A DNA stretch of 37,775 nt from a virus (taxonomy: Duplodnaviria; Caudoviricetes): positions 1 to 37,775 of IMG/VR virus record IMGVR_UViG_3300005527_000126, one strand, 5' to 3'. This document shows, one piece after another, positions 27,201 to 34,360 of this stretch (position 1 is its first letter; every line of letters begins with the position of its first letter). The notes under the pieces were generated by a model. It saw only the letters and a list, made by a program, of their open reading frames with translations. It ran no database searches and was not told the DNA's origin. A program made the translations under genes and the position numbers.

Positions 27201-30064
27201 ATCGCAATACCTCCACCACTTGCATTAGCTGTGTATCCAATAGCCACATTACCTGTTCCTGTGCCAACTACAGCGCTATTACCTATAGATATACCAACAA
27301 TAGAAGAATTATTAAAAGTTCCGCTACCAATAAAAATACCTCTATCAGCCGTTTGTGCAGTTGTGCCTGATGTAAGTAGATTTAAAGAAGTAGTACCAAA
27401 GTTTGTATAATAAACACTTGACCTTGTAGTCCCATTAACATCAAACTGAAATCCTGCATCGGTCGTAGTGCCAACACCTATTCTACCGTTAGAAAAGAAT
27501 CTTGTTGTTGTGCTTCCTACAATATCTAATGAGTTAGTACTAAGTGTAAGAGCCCTGTTACCTGTCAGCGTTCCGTCACTATTGTAAATGTTTGTTCCAC
27601 TATACTGAGGAATATTCAGCGTAGAGCCAACCAATGTAGCCGGTCCACTTGAACCGGTTGTAGTCAGTGTCAATGCATCCTGCTTACCATTAAACGTAGA
27701 CCAATCCGCTGAACTTAAAAGTCCTCGATTCGTTACGTTTGCCGTAGGAATATTAAACGTATGAGTCGCTCCAACACTTGAGATGTTAAAGTCAGTACCA
27801 CTTGAACCTGTACCAAAATATTGAACCTGTTCAATCAAACCGTTCAATGCTAATATGCCGGTAGAGAAAGTTGTAATAATCTGACAAAGATGCGGCCCCT
27901 CAGTATGAAGTGTAATCGTTCTACCTGAAGTAGCAATATACACCCTGATAGCTAATCTGTCAGTAAGGGTTAACGTTGTTTGAGGAACAGCCAATACTGT
28001 AATGTATAAGTCGATAGCCGTTCCACCTGTAATTCCTTTAGGGTTTACAGCATCGCTTGCTATCAACGTAAATACAACCCCATCATACTTGTATAACTCT
28101 ACATAGTAAGAAGGAGTACCTCCTCCTGATGATGCACTAAAAAACAACTCAAACGTCCAATTGCCGGCAGGTATATTAAGTAAAGCAGGGACTCCTGCAT
28201 CTGTAATAAACTGTGCAACATAACCATCTGTGCTGATATTAAAGTCCGTTCCTGCTCCCAAAATAGGAGTTTTGCTCATTTCATAGTATGTGTTACCTAC
28301 AAATGTGCCTTGGTTAACACTACCATTCAGGTAATAAGATACAGAGGCTCCGCCACCACCTCCATTGGTAGGGAAATTTGCTAACGTACCATCACCTCTT
28401 ATATATTGAGATGCAATACCTGCTCCTGTTATTGCAATCGTTCCATTGCTTGTTAATGGACTATTAGTCACATTAAATGCGCTTGGCATAGATACACCCA
28501 CCGAAGTAAGTCCTAAGTCGGTCCAAGAAGCCGAAATCGTTCCGCCATCTTGCTGATTAAGTGTTAATGTCTTAGTTGTTGTCCCTGTAACAGCTGCACT
28601 AACAATTGAATTGTCGTATGCTGTATCCCAATTAGCAGAGTTGTCTGTAATATATGAAATAGTACCACCAACAGACTTTACTAAACCATTACCAAGTAAA
28701 GCATTTTGCTTGCTATTAAATGTAGTCCAATCAAGACTGCTTATATATCCATCTTGACTACCATTTCCTTGCTGAATGGTAAAAATGCCTGTTATATTAT
28801 TATAAAGCAAAGGGGATGCAGCACTTATAGCATTCCTTGCCCTGTTATTTGTAAAGTATAAGTTTGTAATTCCCTCGGGAATGTTGTCTGAAATTAAGCT
28901 AACGGCTCCTGTAAATCCATTTACTGAAGTAACCGCATCTGTATTATCAACCTTTTGCCAAGTACCACCATTAAATATAGCCCAATCTCCTACTTTCCAA
29001 TCAGAGATGCCGTTAAGATTTGTTGAACCGGCAACATTTACAACATAATAATGGCCTTGAACACCAATACTACTTGTAAGAATCGGGAAGTTTATATTAG
29101 CATTCCATGTTCCCTGATATTGAACACCTCCAACTAATCCGTTGATTTGATTTTGAAGTTTACCGAAGGCTGTCAAAATACTGTCTGTAGCAATAATCGA
29201 GCCCCCCATTATGTTCAAGCCCGTTAATATTTTTGATATTACAGCAGAATTGTTCAGCGTAATTGGAACAGAGCCGGGTCCTGTAGCCGTAGCTTCACCG
29301 GTAAGAGCAGTAATATAATTGCCTGCGTTCTGCTTCCCATCAAAATTAATCCAATCAGAAGAACTAAGGTATCCACTTTGTACACTATTAGCTACCTGTA
29401 TACTAAATACTCCGGATATAGAATTAAAAAGTAATGGAGAAGCAGCAGAGTATGTCGGTAAATTAACCCATTTGATACCTGTGCCTGTGCTTGATAACAC
29501 TTGACCGTTTGTTCCTGAAGAAGAAAATCCATCAGTTAATAATCCAAGAATATAAAGATTATCATTAATCGTTGCGGTATCCGTATTTACATCAAACGCT
29601 TCAAGGTTTGCATTAAGGATAATATCAACATCAGCTACGTCGCCTGATGTAAGAACCTGTTGCAATGTAGGTATTACCACCGGCATTGTGTACCAAGAAA
29701 CACCTGTCCCCGTACTTATTAAAAAATCACCGGGTAATCCAATACTATCTGATGAATCAAAAAGTTTGCCTTCAACATGAACCTCTTCGCTTAAATAAGT
29801 TTTATATAATTCTGCTACATTAGTTACCTCAATATTAGTAGTAGTTATCTTGCCAAAAAGATTAATATTCTGTGTAGCCGTATTCCCATAATCCAAAACA
29901 CCCTGCAAATTATTTGCAGGGATATTTGGAATAAATAGTTGAAGCAGTTCTAATAGGGTAAAGTTATATGTAACATCTTCGATTTCGCCACCAACGCTCG
30001 TGCCGATTAACTTGTCTGCTAATTTAGGAATAGGCACAACTTCGTATGTACTAATCTTTGACAT
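24227..30064 (-). CDS. Long tail fibre/receptor-binding protein (1945 aa)
   Basis: Gly/Thr/Ser-rich modular protein with fibre motifs YQGTWNA, GDWAIFNGGTWQKVDNTD, VTSVNG.TGAVSL, QGFLPPRMTAAQR and GSETIDG, plus YadA-head-like xIAIG repeats. Confidence 0.85.
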   Translation of the reverse strand: MSKISTYEVVPIPKLADKLIGTSVGGEIEDVTYNFTLLELLQLFIPNIPANNLQGVLDYGNTATQNINLFGKITTTNIEVTNVAELYKTYLSEEVHVEGKLFDSSDSIGLPGDFLISTGTGVSWYTMPVVIPTLQQVLTSGDVADVDIILNANLEAFDVNTDTATINDNLYILGLLTDGFSSSGTNGQVLSSTGTGIKWVNLPTYSAASPLLFNSISGVFSIQVANSVQSGYLSSSDWINFDGKQNAGNYITALTGEATATGPGSVPITLNNSAVISKILTGLNIMGGSIIATDSILTAFGKLQNQINGLVGGVQYQGTWNANINFPILTSSIGVQGHYYVVNVAGSTNLNGISDWKVGDWAIFNGGTWQKVDNTDAVTSVNGFTGAVSLISDNIPEGITNLYFTNNRARNAISAASPLLYNNITGIFTIQQGNGSQDGYISSLDWTTFNSKQNALLGNGLVKSVGGTISYITDNSANWDTAYDNSIVSAAVTGTTTKTLTLNQQDGGTISASWTDLGLTSVGVSMPSAFNVTNSPLTSNGTIAITGAGIASQYIRGDGTLANFPTNGGGGGASVSYYLNGSVNQGTFVGNTYYEMSKTPILGAGTDFNISTDGYVAQFITDAGVPALLNIPAGNWTFELFFSASSGGGTPSYYVELYKYDGVVFTLIASDAVNPKGITGGTAIDLYITVLAVPQTTLTLTDRLAIRVYIATSGRTITLHTEGPHLCQIITTFSTGILALNGLIEQVQYFGTGSSGTDFNISSVGATHTFNIPTANVTNRGLLSSADWSTFNGKQDALTLTTTGSSGPATLVGSTLNIPQYSGTNIYNSDGTLTGNRALTLSTNSLDIVGSTTTRFFSNGRIGVGTTTDAGFQFDVNGTTRSSVYYTNFGTTSLNLLTSGTTAQTADRGIFIGSGTFNNSSIVGISIGNSAVVGTGTGNVAIGYTANASGGGIAISRLGQGAQSTNGAIAIGGNATAGVAISGSTSNSGSVAIGGTASNASAIAIGNITTASGAFSIMIGDRGTAAHTASIAIGLFATTTASRQLVIGGDDVSGTYSINDVYIGGGVQAMSGGNANSTTINASGGGNTADRNGGNITIAGGKGTGTGTPGNVSFSTSTTTTTGTTLQSLTERMRIFGGTGNVVIQNGGTFTDAGFRLDVNGTTRLNGNTTYNGFLTPTSATISYLLGISGSAGGSVLQAYTNGGASPIQSFTFGFYSTYLTSGGGLSDPTNNNFSFGLTGTKTATGLGGGTYKDFRIYTTYDFTGNANPGIVYGISYEPTATNLTNVTLIAFRNTIGNNIFNSTSGNTLIGTSTDAGYKFDVNGTARVQGAFTIATSTVNNLIFSQGGTTAGSYMRWLYNPDTTGGDKTLLYQHKVGLINGSIYIAPSSQVSNITFAPTGDANYVFGGGGLLTTGAQNTLIGRQAGNELTSGGTNVFIGMFAGRGIISGSGNIHIAVNNQVTNGDISNSIHFGGGTALTRSVTFGIGGSAADYLNNVYFGIGYSTVNQLGGGNRGVVLQPTTEAGKTDAAALNLVLAGARGTGTGAPGSLVFSTATATTAGTTLQSLTDRMRIFGGTGNVVIQNGGTFTDAGFQLDVNGTARVQNRLTITTSGATITSSSTQFFEVFDQFNTRNFMTGGETSGGILVGNTTLGAGSGRWVSLVHASSQSFGGLRFFSDNNQTSNVGYIGLFGNGQFRFATNNTEVTNQEAFIATVKTLHLGWRTWQTIPASAAVSIESTTQGFLPPRMTAAQRTAISSPAVGLIVYQTDGTEGTYENTSGGWRLLNAAGGGGSGTVTSVSVVSANGFAGSVANASTTPAITISTTVTGLLKGNGTAISAAIAGTDYLTPADVAYSVASVSTTYSETATAGTKIVSCDTTGGTFTVTLPTAVGNKATIVVKKSAGTPNLTVDGAGSETIDGGLTAVLVRVNESITLVSNNSNWLII
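25290..25333. repeat. 44-bp exact direct repeat inside the fibre gene, copy A
   Basis: CCTGCATCAGTAAACGTACCACCGTTCTGTATAACAACGTTACC is identical to 26604-26647, and similarity continues into the flanks with mostly synonymous changes. Confidence 0.9.
26604..26647. repeat. 44-bp exact direct repeat inside the fibre gene, copy B
   Basis: Identical to 25290-25333. Confidence 0.9.
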
Positions 30065-30078
30065 TCCGCTAAAATTTT

Positions 30079-30345
30079 TTAATGTACTACTTTCAAATAA
30101 TCACCTGTTCTATATATCTGACCAACAACCAATCCGCCTAATAAAGCAGCAGCATTATCAGCATATACCGGAACATCATCTATCACAATAGCAGGAGCGC
30201 TAAAGTGCGCTTGGAAAAGTTGCAATAACTCAGCCGGTGTAAAATTGTAAGTTACATTTGGCGGAGTTCCCTCTGTACGTGTGCCAACGAGTTTATCGTC
30301 CAACATTGGCAACGCATTTATTGGATATGAACTAATTTTTGACAT
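30079..30345 (-). CDS. Short paralogue of the fibre N-terminus (88 aa)
   Basis: MSKISSYP...DKLVGT...VTYNFTPAELLQLF aligns by eye with the fibre start MSKISTYE...DKLIGT...VTYNFTLLELLQLF. Confidence 0.75.
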   Translation of the reverse strand: MSKISSYPINALPMLDDKLVGTRTEGTPPNVTYNFTPAELLQLFQAHFSAPAIVIDDVPVYADNAAALLGGLVVGQIYRTGDYLKVVH

Positions 30346-30571
30346 CTTCTTTTGGTTTTATTTCTCCTGTTTGCATATTAATTACAGTATTCTCTCCGTA
30401 TTTATTAATAAGATACTTCTCATTTTCAATAAAAGAGTCTTTAATCTTATTCGCCTCAGCAATATAAATTTGCTTTTGCAACTCAAGTTCTCCAAGAGCA
30501 ATCTTAACCTTTGTATACTCTTGTGTCCCATTTTTGATAAAATTTAATTCTTCTGCTGTTAAATGTGGCAT
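30332..30571 (-). CDS. Hypothetical coiled-coil protein (79 aa)
   Basis: First gene after a TAnnTTTG box, with an AAAATCAAATG leader and a KYGENTVINMQTGEI tail. Confidence 0.65.
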   Translation of the reverse strand: MPHLTAEELNFIKNGTQEYTKVKIALGELELQKQIYIAEANKIKDSFIENEKYLINKYGENTVINMQTGEIKPKEDVKN

Positions 30572-30591
30572 TTGATTTTATTTTGTTTGTA

Positions 30592-30599
30592 CAAATATA
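30592..30599 (-). promoter_or_regulatory. Bacteroidota-type -7 promoter box TATATTTG
   Basis: TAnnTTTG(TAC) in the gap between the lysis cassette and the fibre genes. Confidence 0.6.
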
Positions 30600-30607
30600 A
30601 TGATAAA

Positions 30608-31066
30608 CTAACCTTTTACAATGTACCTATATCCAAGATATAAAAGCACGACAATCAGCAAAAGCCATAAGAGATTTGAATAGTTGGCTTTCCTGTCAAT
30701 CTTCTTCTCAGAATCCTTGGCTTTTACTCTTTTTTTGACGGAAACTTGCCTTACTTCCGACTGCTGAGTGGTTGATTTTGACGAGTCAACTGTACGTTTA
30801 CGGTTTTTTGTAGCCCGGACCTTGGCATTGAAATATTTGACGTTGCCGATTATAATCGGCTTTGAGGTATCAATTGGAGTTATCTCAAACTCTTCGCTAC
30901 TATCAATCGTAGTAATAGCGTTTTGAATTGTATTGATTTGATGCTTCTGCTCTACAACAGAACTATCTGTACTCGTTTGCGTTTTACTCTCAGATTTTGT
31001 AAGTTTTTTTGCTGCACAGCCAAATAAAAAGAAAACCCATAACAATAGTAAAATATATTTGCGCAT
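30608..31066 (-). CDS. Lipoprotein with C-terminal transmembrane helix; putative unimolecular spanin (152 aa)
   Basis: Signal peptide with lipobox LFG-C17, a polar middle and a C-terminal LLWLLLIVVLLYLGY helix; directly after holin and endolysin. Confidence 0.7.
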   Translation of the reverse strand: MRKYILLLLWVFFLFGCAAKKLTKSESKTQTSTDSSVVEQKHQINTIQNAITTIDSSEEFEITPIDTSKPIIIGNVKYFNAKVRATKNRKRTVDSSKSTTQQSEVRQVSVKKRVKAKDSEKKIDRKANYSNLLWLLLIVVLLYLGYRYIVKG

Positions 31067-31070
31067 TGTT

Positions 31071-31577
31071 TTAAATTAAGACATAGCCACCCTTGTCAAC
31101 AGTACCCTGATTGAGCAACTTCTGCAGTTCAGTAATGGACTTACCAAATGTTTTTTGAAAATGAGGAGCATCTACAAACTTCCAATCGCCTCCCCATTCC
31201 CATCCATATCTCTTAAAGATGGTTACGATTTCAATCCAATCAGATTTACGGTCTCCATCAAAATCAGCTTTGGTATCCCAAGAAGCAGACTCCTTTGTCC
31301 CATTCCCATCTTTGTCTATTAACAGAACAATATCAATAGCCAACCCATAGTTGTGATAAGATTGGCCACCTCTTGCATTAGTTACTTTTCTCCCCGGCTT
31401 TGTTCTTCCTTGAGCAAACAATTCATCCTGCTCTTTGATTGTTCGCAGGGTGTAAGAAAAACGACAACCGGCAGAGCCGGTTAATTGTTCAATAATTTCA
31501 TCATATATTTCAAAAGCCTCTTCTCTTAACGTTGGATGAAGCAAAGCGATTCTATCTAAAGTAATTTTATCTTTCAT
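31071..31577 (-). CDS. Endolysin, M15 family (L-alanyl-D-glutamate peptidase-like)
   Basis: Motifs LRT..EQDELFAQGRTKPG..VTNARGGQSYHNYGLAID (SxH..D), WGGDW and DAPHFQ (zinc ligand His). Confidence 0.9.
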   Translation of the reverse strand: MKDKITLDRIALLHPTLREEAFEIYDEIIEQLTGSAGCRFSYTLRTIKEQDELFAQGRTKPGRKVTNARGGQSYHNYGLAIDIVLLIDKDGNGTKESASWDTKADFDGDRKSDWIEIVTIFKRYGWEWGGDWKFVDAPHFQKTFGKSITELQKLLNQGTVDKGGYVLI

Positions 31578-32005
31578 CTTATCTCATTTACATCTGATTT
31601 TAACTCTTTCGCACGACTAAGAGCCTTCTTTAACATTGACCAAATGTTAATGTTAAAAGCCTGCTCAATATTTTCTTTTATCGAAACCAATTCAATAAAA
31701 AGCAAAAGCATTGCTGATATTTTTGTAAACATAAATTCAAACCCAAAAGCGTGTTTAACAAATTCATTCAGCAAATATTTATCCATTAAAAACAAAAACA
31801 ATACGCAAGTTTCATATAAAAGCATTTTGCTTATAATACTCGACAAGTTTCTACTTGTAAAACTCTTCCAACCTTTCAATTTAACTGATTTGAAAATTCC
31901 TGTAAATGTGTCGAGAATAATAGCAGACGCTACGGCCACCAATAATCCATGTATCGGTGTAAATAAAATTATTAAAGAAGCGAATGCGTAGTTCAAGTAT
32001 TTCAT
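31574..32005 (-). CDS. Holin (143 aa)
   Basis: Several hydrophobic helices, D..TG and ELVSIKEN motifs, and ATGA coupling to the endolysin. Confidence 0.8.
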   Translation of the reverse strand: MKYLNYAFASLIILFTPIHGLLVAVASAIILDTFTGIFKSVKLKGWKSFTSRNLSSIISKMLLYETCVLFLFLMDKYLLNEFVKHAFGFEFMFTKISAMLLLFIELVSIKENIEQAFNINIWSMLKKALSRAKELKSDVNEIR

Positions 32006-32133
32006 CTTCCTTGACCTTTGTATGGTTTATTATAAAGTTTACTTCTCTTGTTTGTACTCGTCTTTGTCTTTGCAGCAACGCCTCTCTTCTTTGGCTTCTT
32101 TGCGTAAGATGATGATGCTATAACTTTTGCCAT
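32002..32133 (-). CDS. Small very basic protein (43 aa) ending YKGQGR
   Basis: Read by hand: MAKVIASSSYAKKPKRRGVAAKTKTSTNKRSKLYNKPYKGQGR. A-rich leader; stop overlaps the holin ATG (ATGA). Confidence 0.75.
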   Translation of the reverse strand: MAKVIASSSYAKKPKKRGVAAKTKTSTNKRSKLYNKPYKGQGR

Positions 32134-32143
32134 CTTTTAATTT

Positions 32144-32635
32144 TTACCAAAGTGCATTAATAAGCGTTGCAGTTGTACCACTTGCAACCGAATGAACTTT
32201 AACTACCTGAACAGGAAGTATTGTGCCTACCGGAACTGCATTAAATGTAACTATATCTTGCCCAATTGTTGTAACTCTTACATTACCGGCACCTCCTACA
32301 AATAAAAAACATCCCGGATTGCCGTTTGAGGTCTGAGGACTTGCCTGATATACTACATATGCTTTAGCTGTTGCTGCAAAAATATTAGCATTTAGGAGCA
32401 GTGTTGTTGCATTTACAACAGAAACAACTGTTGCTACAGTGCCATCAGTTGTATTGTATACGACATCTCCTGTTGCGACACCTTTTGTAATAAAATCAGC
32501 AGCAGCATCTACAAGAGACGATGCGACTACAGATGTATTTGTTCCAACAGCAATGTCTGATGGATATGGAATATCTGCATTATCTGTTGGTATTACACGT
32601 AATGCTCTTGAGAACGTTGTTTTAAAAACTGACAT
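32144..32635 (-). CDS. Putative capsid decoration/spike-base-like protein (163 aa)
   Basis: N-terminal A..VIPTDNADIP and C-terminal LFVGGAGNVRV...VTF.AVPVGTILPVQVVKV...GTTAT.I.AL resemble RcGTA Rcc01079-type head spike base proteins, with a ~65-aa insertion. Recognised by eye. Confidence 0.55.
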   Translation of the reverse strand: MSVFKTTFSRALRVIPTDNADIPYPSDIAVGTNTSVVASSLVDAAADFITKGVATGDVVYNTTDGTVATVVSVVNATTLLLNANIFAATAKAYVVYQASPQTSNGNPGCFLFVGGAGNVRVTTIGQDIVTFNAVPVGTILPVQVVKVHSVASGTTATLINALW

Positions 32636-32638
32636 AGT

Positions 32639-32812
32639 TTATTTTTTTTCTTGGTAAGGGAATGCTCTGTTTAATGCGTCTCTTCTTTGCTTACAACCAC
32701 AATCTTTACCGGTAATTTTTGAAACAGTTTCAACAACTTTTTTTATTCCGGTAGCTGTAGTTATTTTTTCTATCGAATCACCGAGACCTTTGCTTTTCGA
32801 TTTTTGTTCCAT
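32639..32812 (-). CDS. Small protein with CGC motif (57 aa)
   Basis: Read by hand: MEQKSKSKGLGDSIEKITTATGIKKVVETVSKITGKDCGCKQRRDALNRAFPYQEKK, with a CTCAAATCAAATG leader. Confidence 0.75.
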   Translation of the reverse strand: MEQKSKSKGLGDSIEKITTATGIKKVVETVSKITGKDCGCKQRRDALNRAFPYQEKK

Positions 32813-32823
32813 TTGATTTGAGT

Positions 32824-33159
32824 TTAAATATTTGAAACCCTTCTTCCCATTCCGACCCTTGACTTTTCTGCCTTTTTAGCCGCAAGTTTAGAAGGACTTA
32901 TTTCTGATTTTGTTTTTGGTGTCTTTGAAGACACTCGCTTTGTTGGCCTGCAGTATTCATTCTTTCCACCGGCACCACACGCTTTACCGGTTCTTGTATC
33001 CTGCCACTTCTCTTTCTCCCATCTTTTCAAACTACTTCCTTCCTCAGATTTGCGAACACTGCCTGATGCCTTCCGGCACTTAGCAATCGCTTGCGAAGCA
33101 CGAGCCGAAGGGAACACATCATACGATGCTTTGACTTTTTTGTAGCAAGCGTCTTTCAT
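32824..33159 (-). CDS. Basic Cys-containing hypothetical protein (111 aa)
   Basis: Motifs DACYKKVK..Y.VFPSA, LKRWEKEKW.D and CG..YCRP.KRVSSKTPKT; ATGA-coupled to the upstream gene. Confidence 0.7.
   Translation of the reverse strand: MKDACYKKVKASYDVFPSARASQAIAKCRKASGSVRKSEEGSSLKRWEKEKWQDTRTGKACGAGGKNEYCRPTKRVSSKTPKTKSEISPSKLAAKKAEKSRVGMGRRVSNI
32919..32934. repeat. 16-bp palindromic motif, copy 3 (GTGTCTTTGAAGACAC)
   Basis: Exact match to 13490-13505, inside a coding sequence. Confidence 0.8.
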
Positions 33160-33419
33160 CTTTTTAGTCTCACACTGTTTTTAGAAGGGTTGTACTTAAA
33201 TTCACTCTTTGGCTTGCCGGTAGCTTTCGAGGCTCTATCTTTCGCTCTCTCCTCAGCTGTCATTGCATTCCTTTTCATCCCCTCTTTTGTATAAGTCTTA
33301 CCATCTGCCTTCAAGTGTCCACGCTTTTGCAAAATACTTATGGCCAATCCACGGTCTCCAACCTGAGCAGTCAATCGCTCAATTAATTTACCACGTCCCA
33401 TAAACTTTTGCGTTGCCAT
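33156..33419 (-). CDS. Basic hypothetical protein (87 aa)
   Basis: Lys/Arg-rich ORF, translationally coupled on both sides. Confidence 0.7.
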   Translation of the reverse strand: MATQKFMGRGKLIERLTAQVGDRGLAISILQKRGHLKADGKTYTKEGMKRNAMTAEERAKDRASKATGKPKSEFKYNPSKNSVRLKR

Positions 33420-33709
33420 TAATACTTTCCTTTACGTCCTTTCGGATTGCTTTGTGTTGAGCCGCCCGGTCCTGCCCATAGATTCTTACAAGCCCAATAT
33501 CTCGGAGTCAGCTTATCATTTGCTGAGTCGCAACCATGTCTTGCTTTGAAACTTTTACGTGCAGCTGCACTGTAATTATGGCCATAACCCTTTGCTCCAA
33601 AGTGGAGGAGTTTCTCCTCCCCTCCGGAACAGGCTTTTACCATCCTCTTCTTACCGGGTCTGTCCGATGGAACAGGACGGTTGCATTTCATTTTTGATTT
33701 GTCTGCCAT
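33419..33709 (-). CDS. Basic hypothetical protein (96 aa; start MADKSK at 33709)
   Basis: Motif KKRMVKAC...KLLHFG...RKSFKARH.C...K...YWACK.LW, with potential His/Cys metal ligands. Confidence 0.7.
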   Translation of the reverse strand: MADKSKMKCNRPVPSDRPGKKRMVKACSGGEEKLLHFGAKGYGHNYSAAARKSFKARHGCDSANDKLTPRYWACKNLWAGPGGSTQSNPKGRKGKY

Positions 33710-33713
33710 AGCA

Positions 33714-33890
33714 TTACTGACGGAACGCACGAGTTGTGTGCCCGGGTGTTGTTACGACATCTTTTTTCTTTAACTCAGGTAGGGCATACGCATCTTTTGG
33801 AGATACAGCTTTCTCAACCTCAGCAATTGTCTCTTCAGAAAGCTGAACGTCTTCCTGAATTACTTCTTCTACTACTTTACTTTTTGCCAT
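33714..33890 (-). CDS. Small hypothetical protein (58 aa)
   Basis: Read by hand: MAKSKVVEEVIQEDVQLSEETIAEVEKAVSPKDAYALPELRKKDVVTTPGHTTRAFRQ; fills the gap between neighbours. Confidence 0.65.
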   Translation of the reverse strand: MAKSKVVEEVIQEDVQLSEETIAEVEKAVSPKDAYALPELKKKDVVTTPGHTTRAFRQ

Positions 33891-33896
33891 AAAAAA

Positions 33897-34052
33897 TTAT
33901 TTAGCTTTTTTCATTAATTTTTTAGTTACTGATGCGGCACCTTTTGTCATAGACAAAGTCTTACCTTTCAGCGGATTCTTAATGCTTGGGCCACCGCCTG
34001 TTGGTGCTTTCAACTTAGAAGATGCCGGGAGATTTGGAATTGACTTTTTCAT
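33897..34052 (-). CDS. Small Lys-rich protein (51 aa)
   Basis: Read by hand: MKKSIPNLPASSKLKAPTGGGPSIKNPLKGKTLSMTKGAASVTKKLMKKAK; poly-A leader and no acidic residues. Confidence 0.65.
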   Translation of the reverse strand: MKKSIPNLPASSKLKAPTGGGPSIKNPLKGKTLSMTKGAASVTKKLMKKAK

Positions 34053-34075
34053 TTTTTTTTGTTTTATATGATTAA

Positions 34076-34312
34076 TTAATCTTGTAACGTAACTAATTTA
34101 CCTAACTTACTTGTAGATGAAAGTTTTGCTGAAGAATTTTTTCGTTGTTGTCTATTCTTAGCAAGATTGTCTTTTAATTTTTCTTTCCCCGCTTGAATAG
34201 CTTGAATTTTTAACGCTTGCTTATTCTTAAATGTAATAGCATCTAAATCTTGGCGAAGTGTATTTACTTTTTCTTCAGTAGTTTTTTCTGTCTGTTTTTG
34301 ATTAGAAGCCAT
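34076..34312 (-). CDS. Basic hypothetical protein (78 aa)
   Basis: First ORF after the TACATTTG box at 34339-34346. Confidence 0.6.
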   Translation of the reverse strand: MASNQKQTEKTTEEKVNTLRQDLDAITFKNKQALKIQAIQAGKEKLKDNLAKNRQQRKNSSAKLSSTSKLGKLVTLQD

Positions 34313-34325
34313 AACTTAATTTTTT

Positions 34326-34346
34326 TAGCTTTGCCTTACAAATGTA
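34326..34346. promoter_or_regulatory. Face-to-face pair of Bacteroidota-type -7 boxes
   Basis: Plus-strand TAGCTTTG at 34326-34333 and minus-strand TACATTTG at 34339-34346. The minus box has a TTTG 21 nt upstream (34368-34371). Confidence 0.6.
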
Positions 34347-34360
34347 ATAAATTAAATCAA

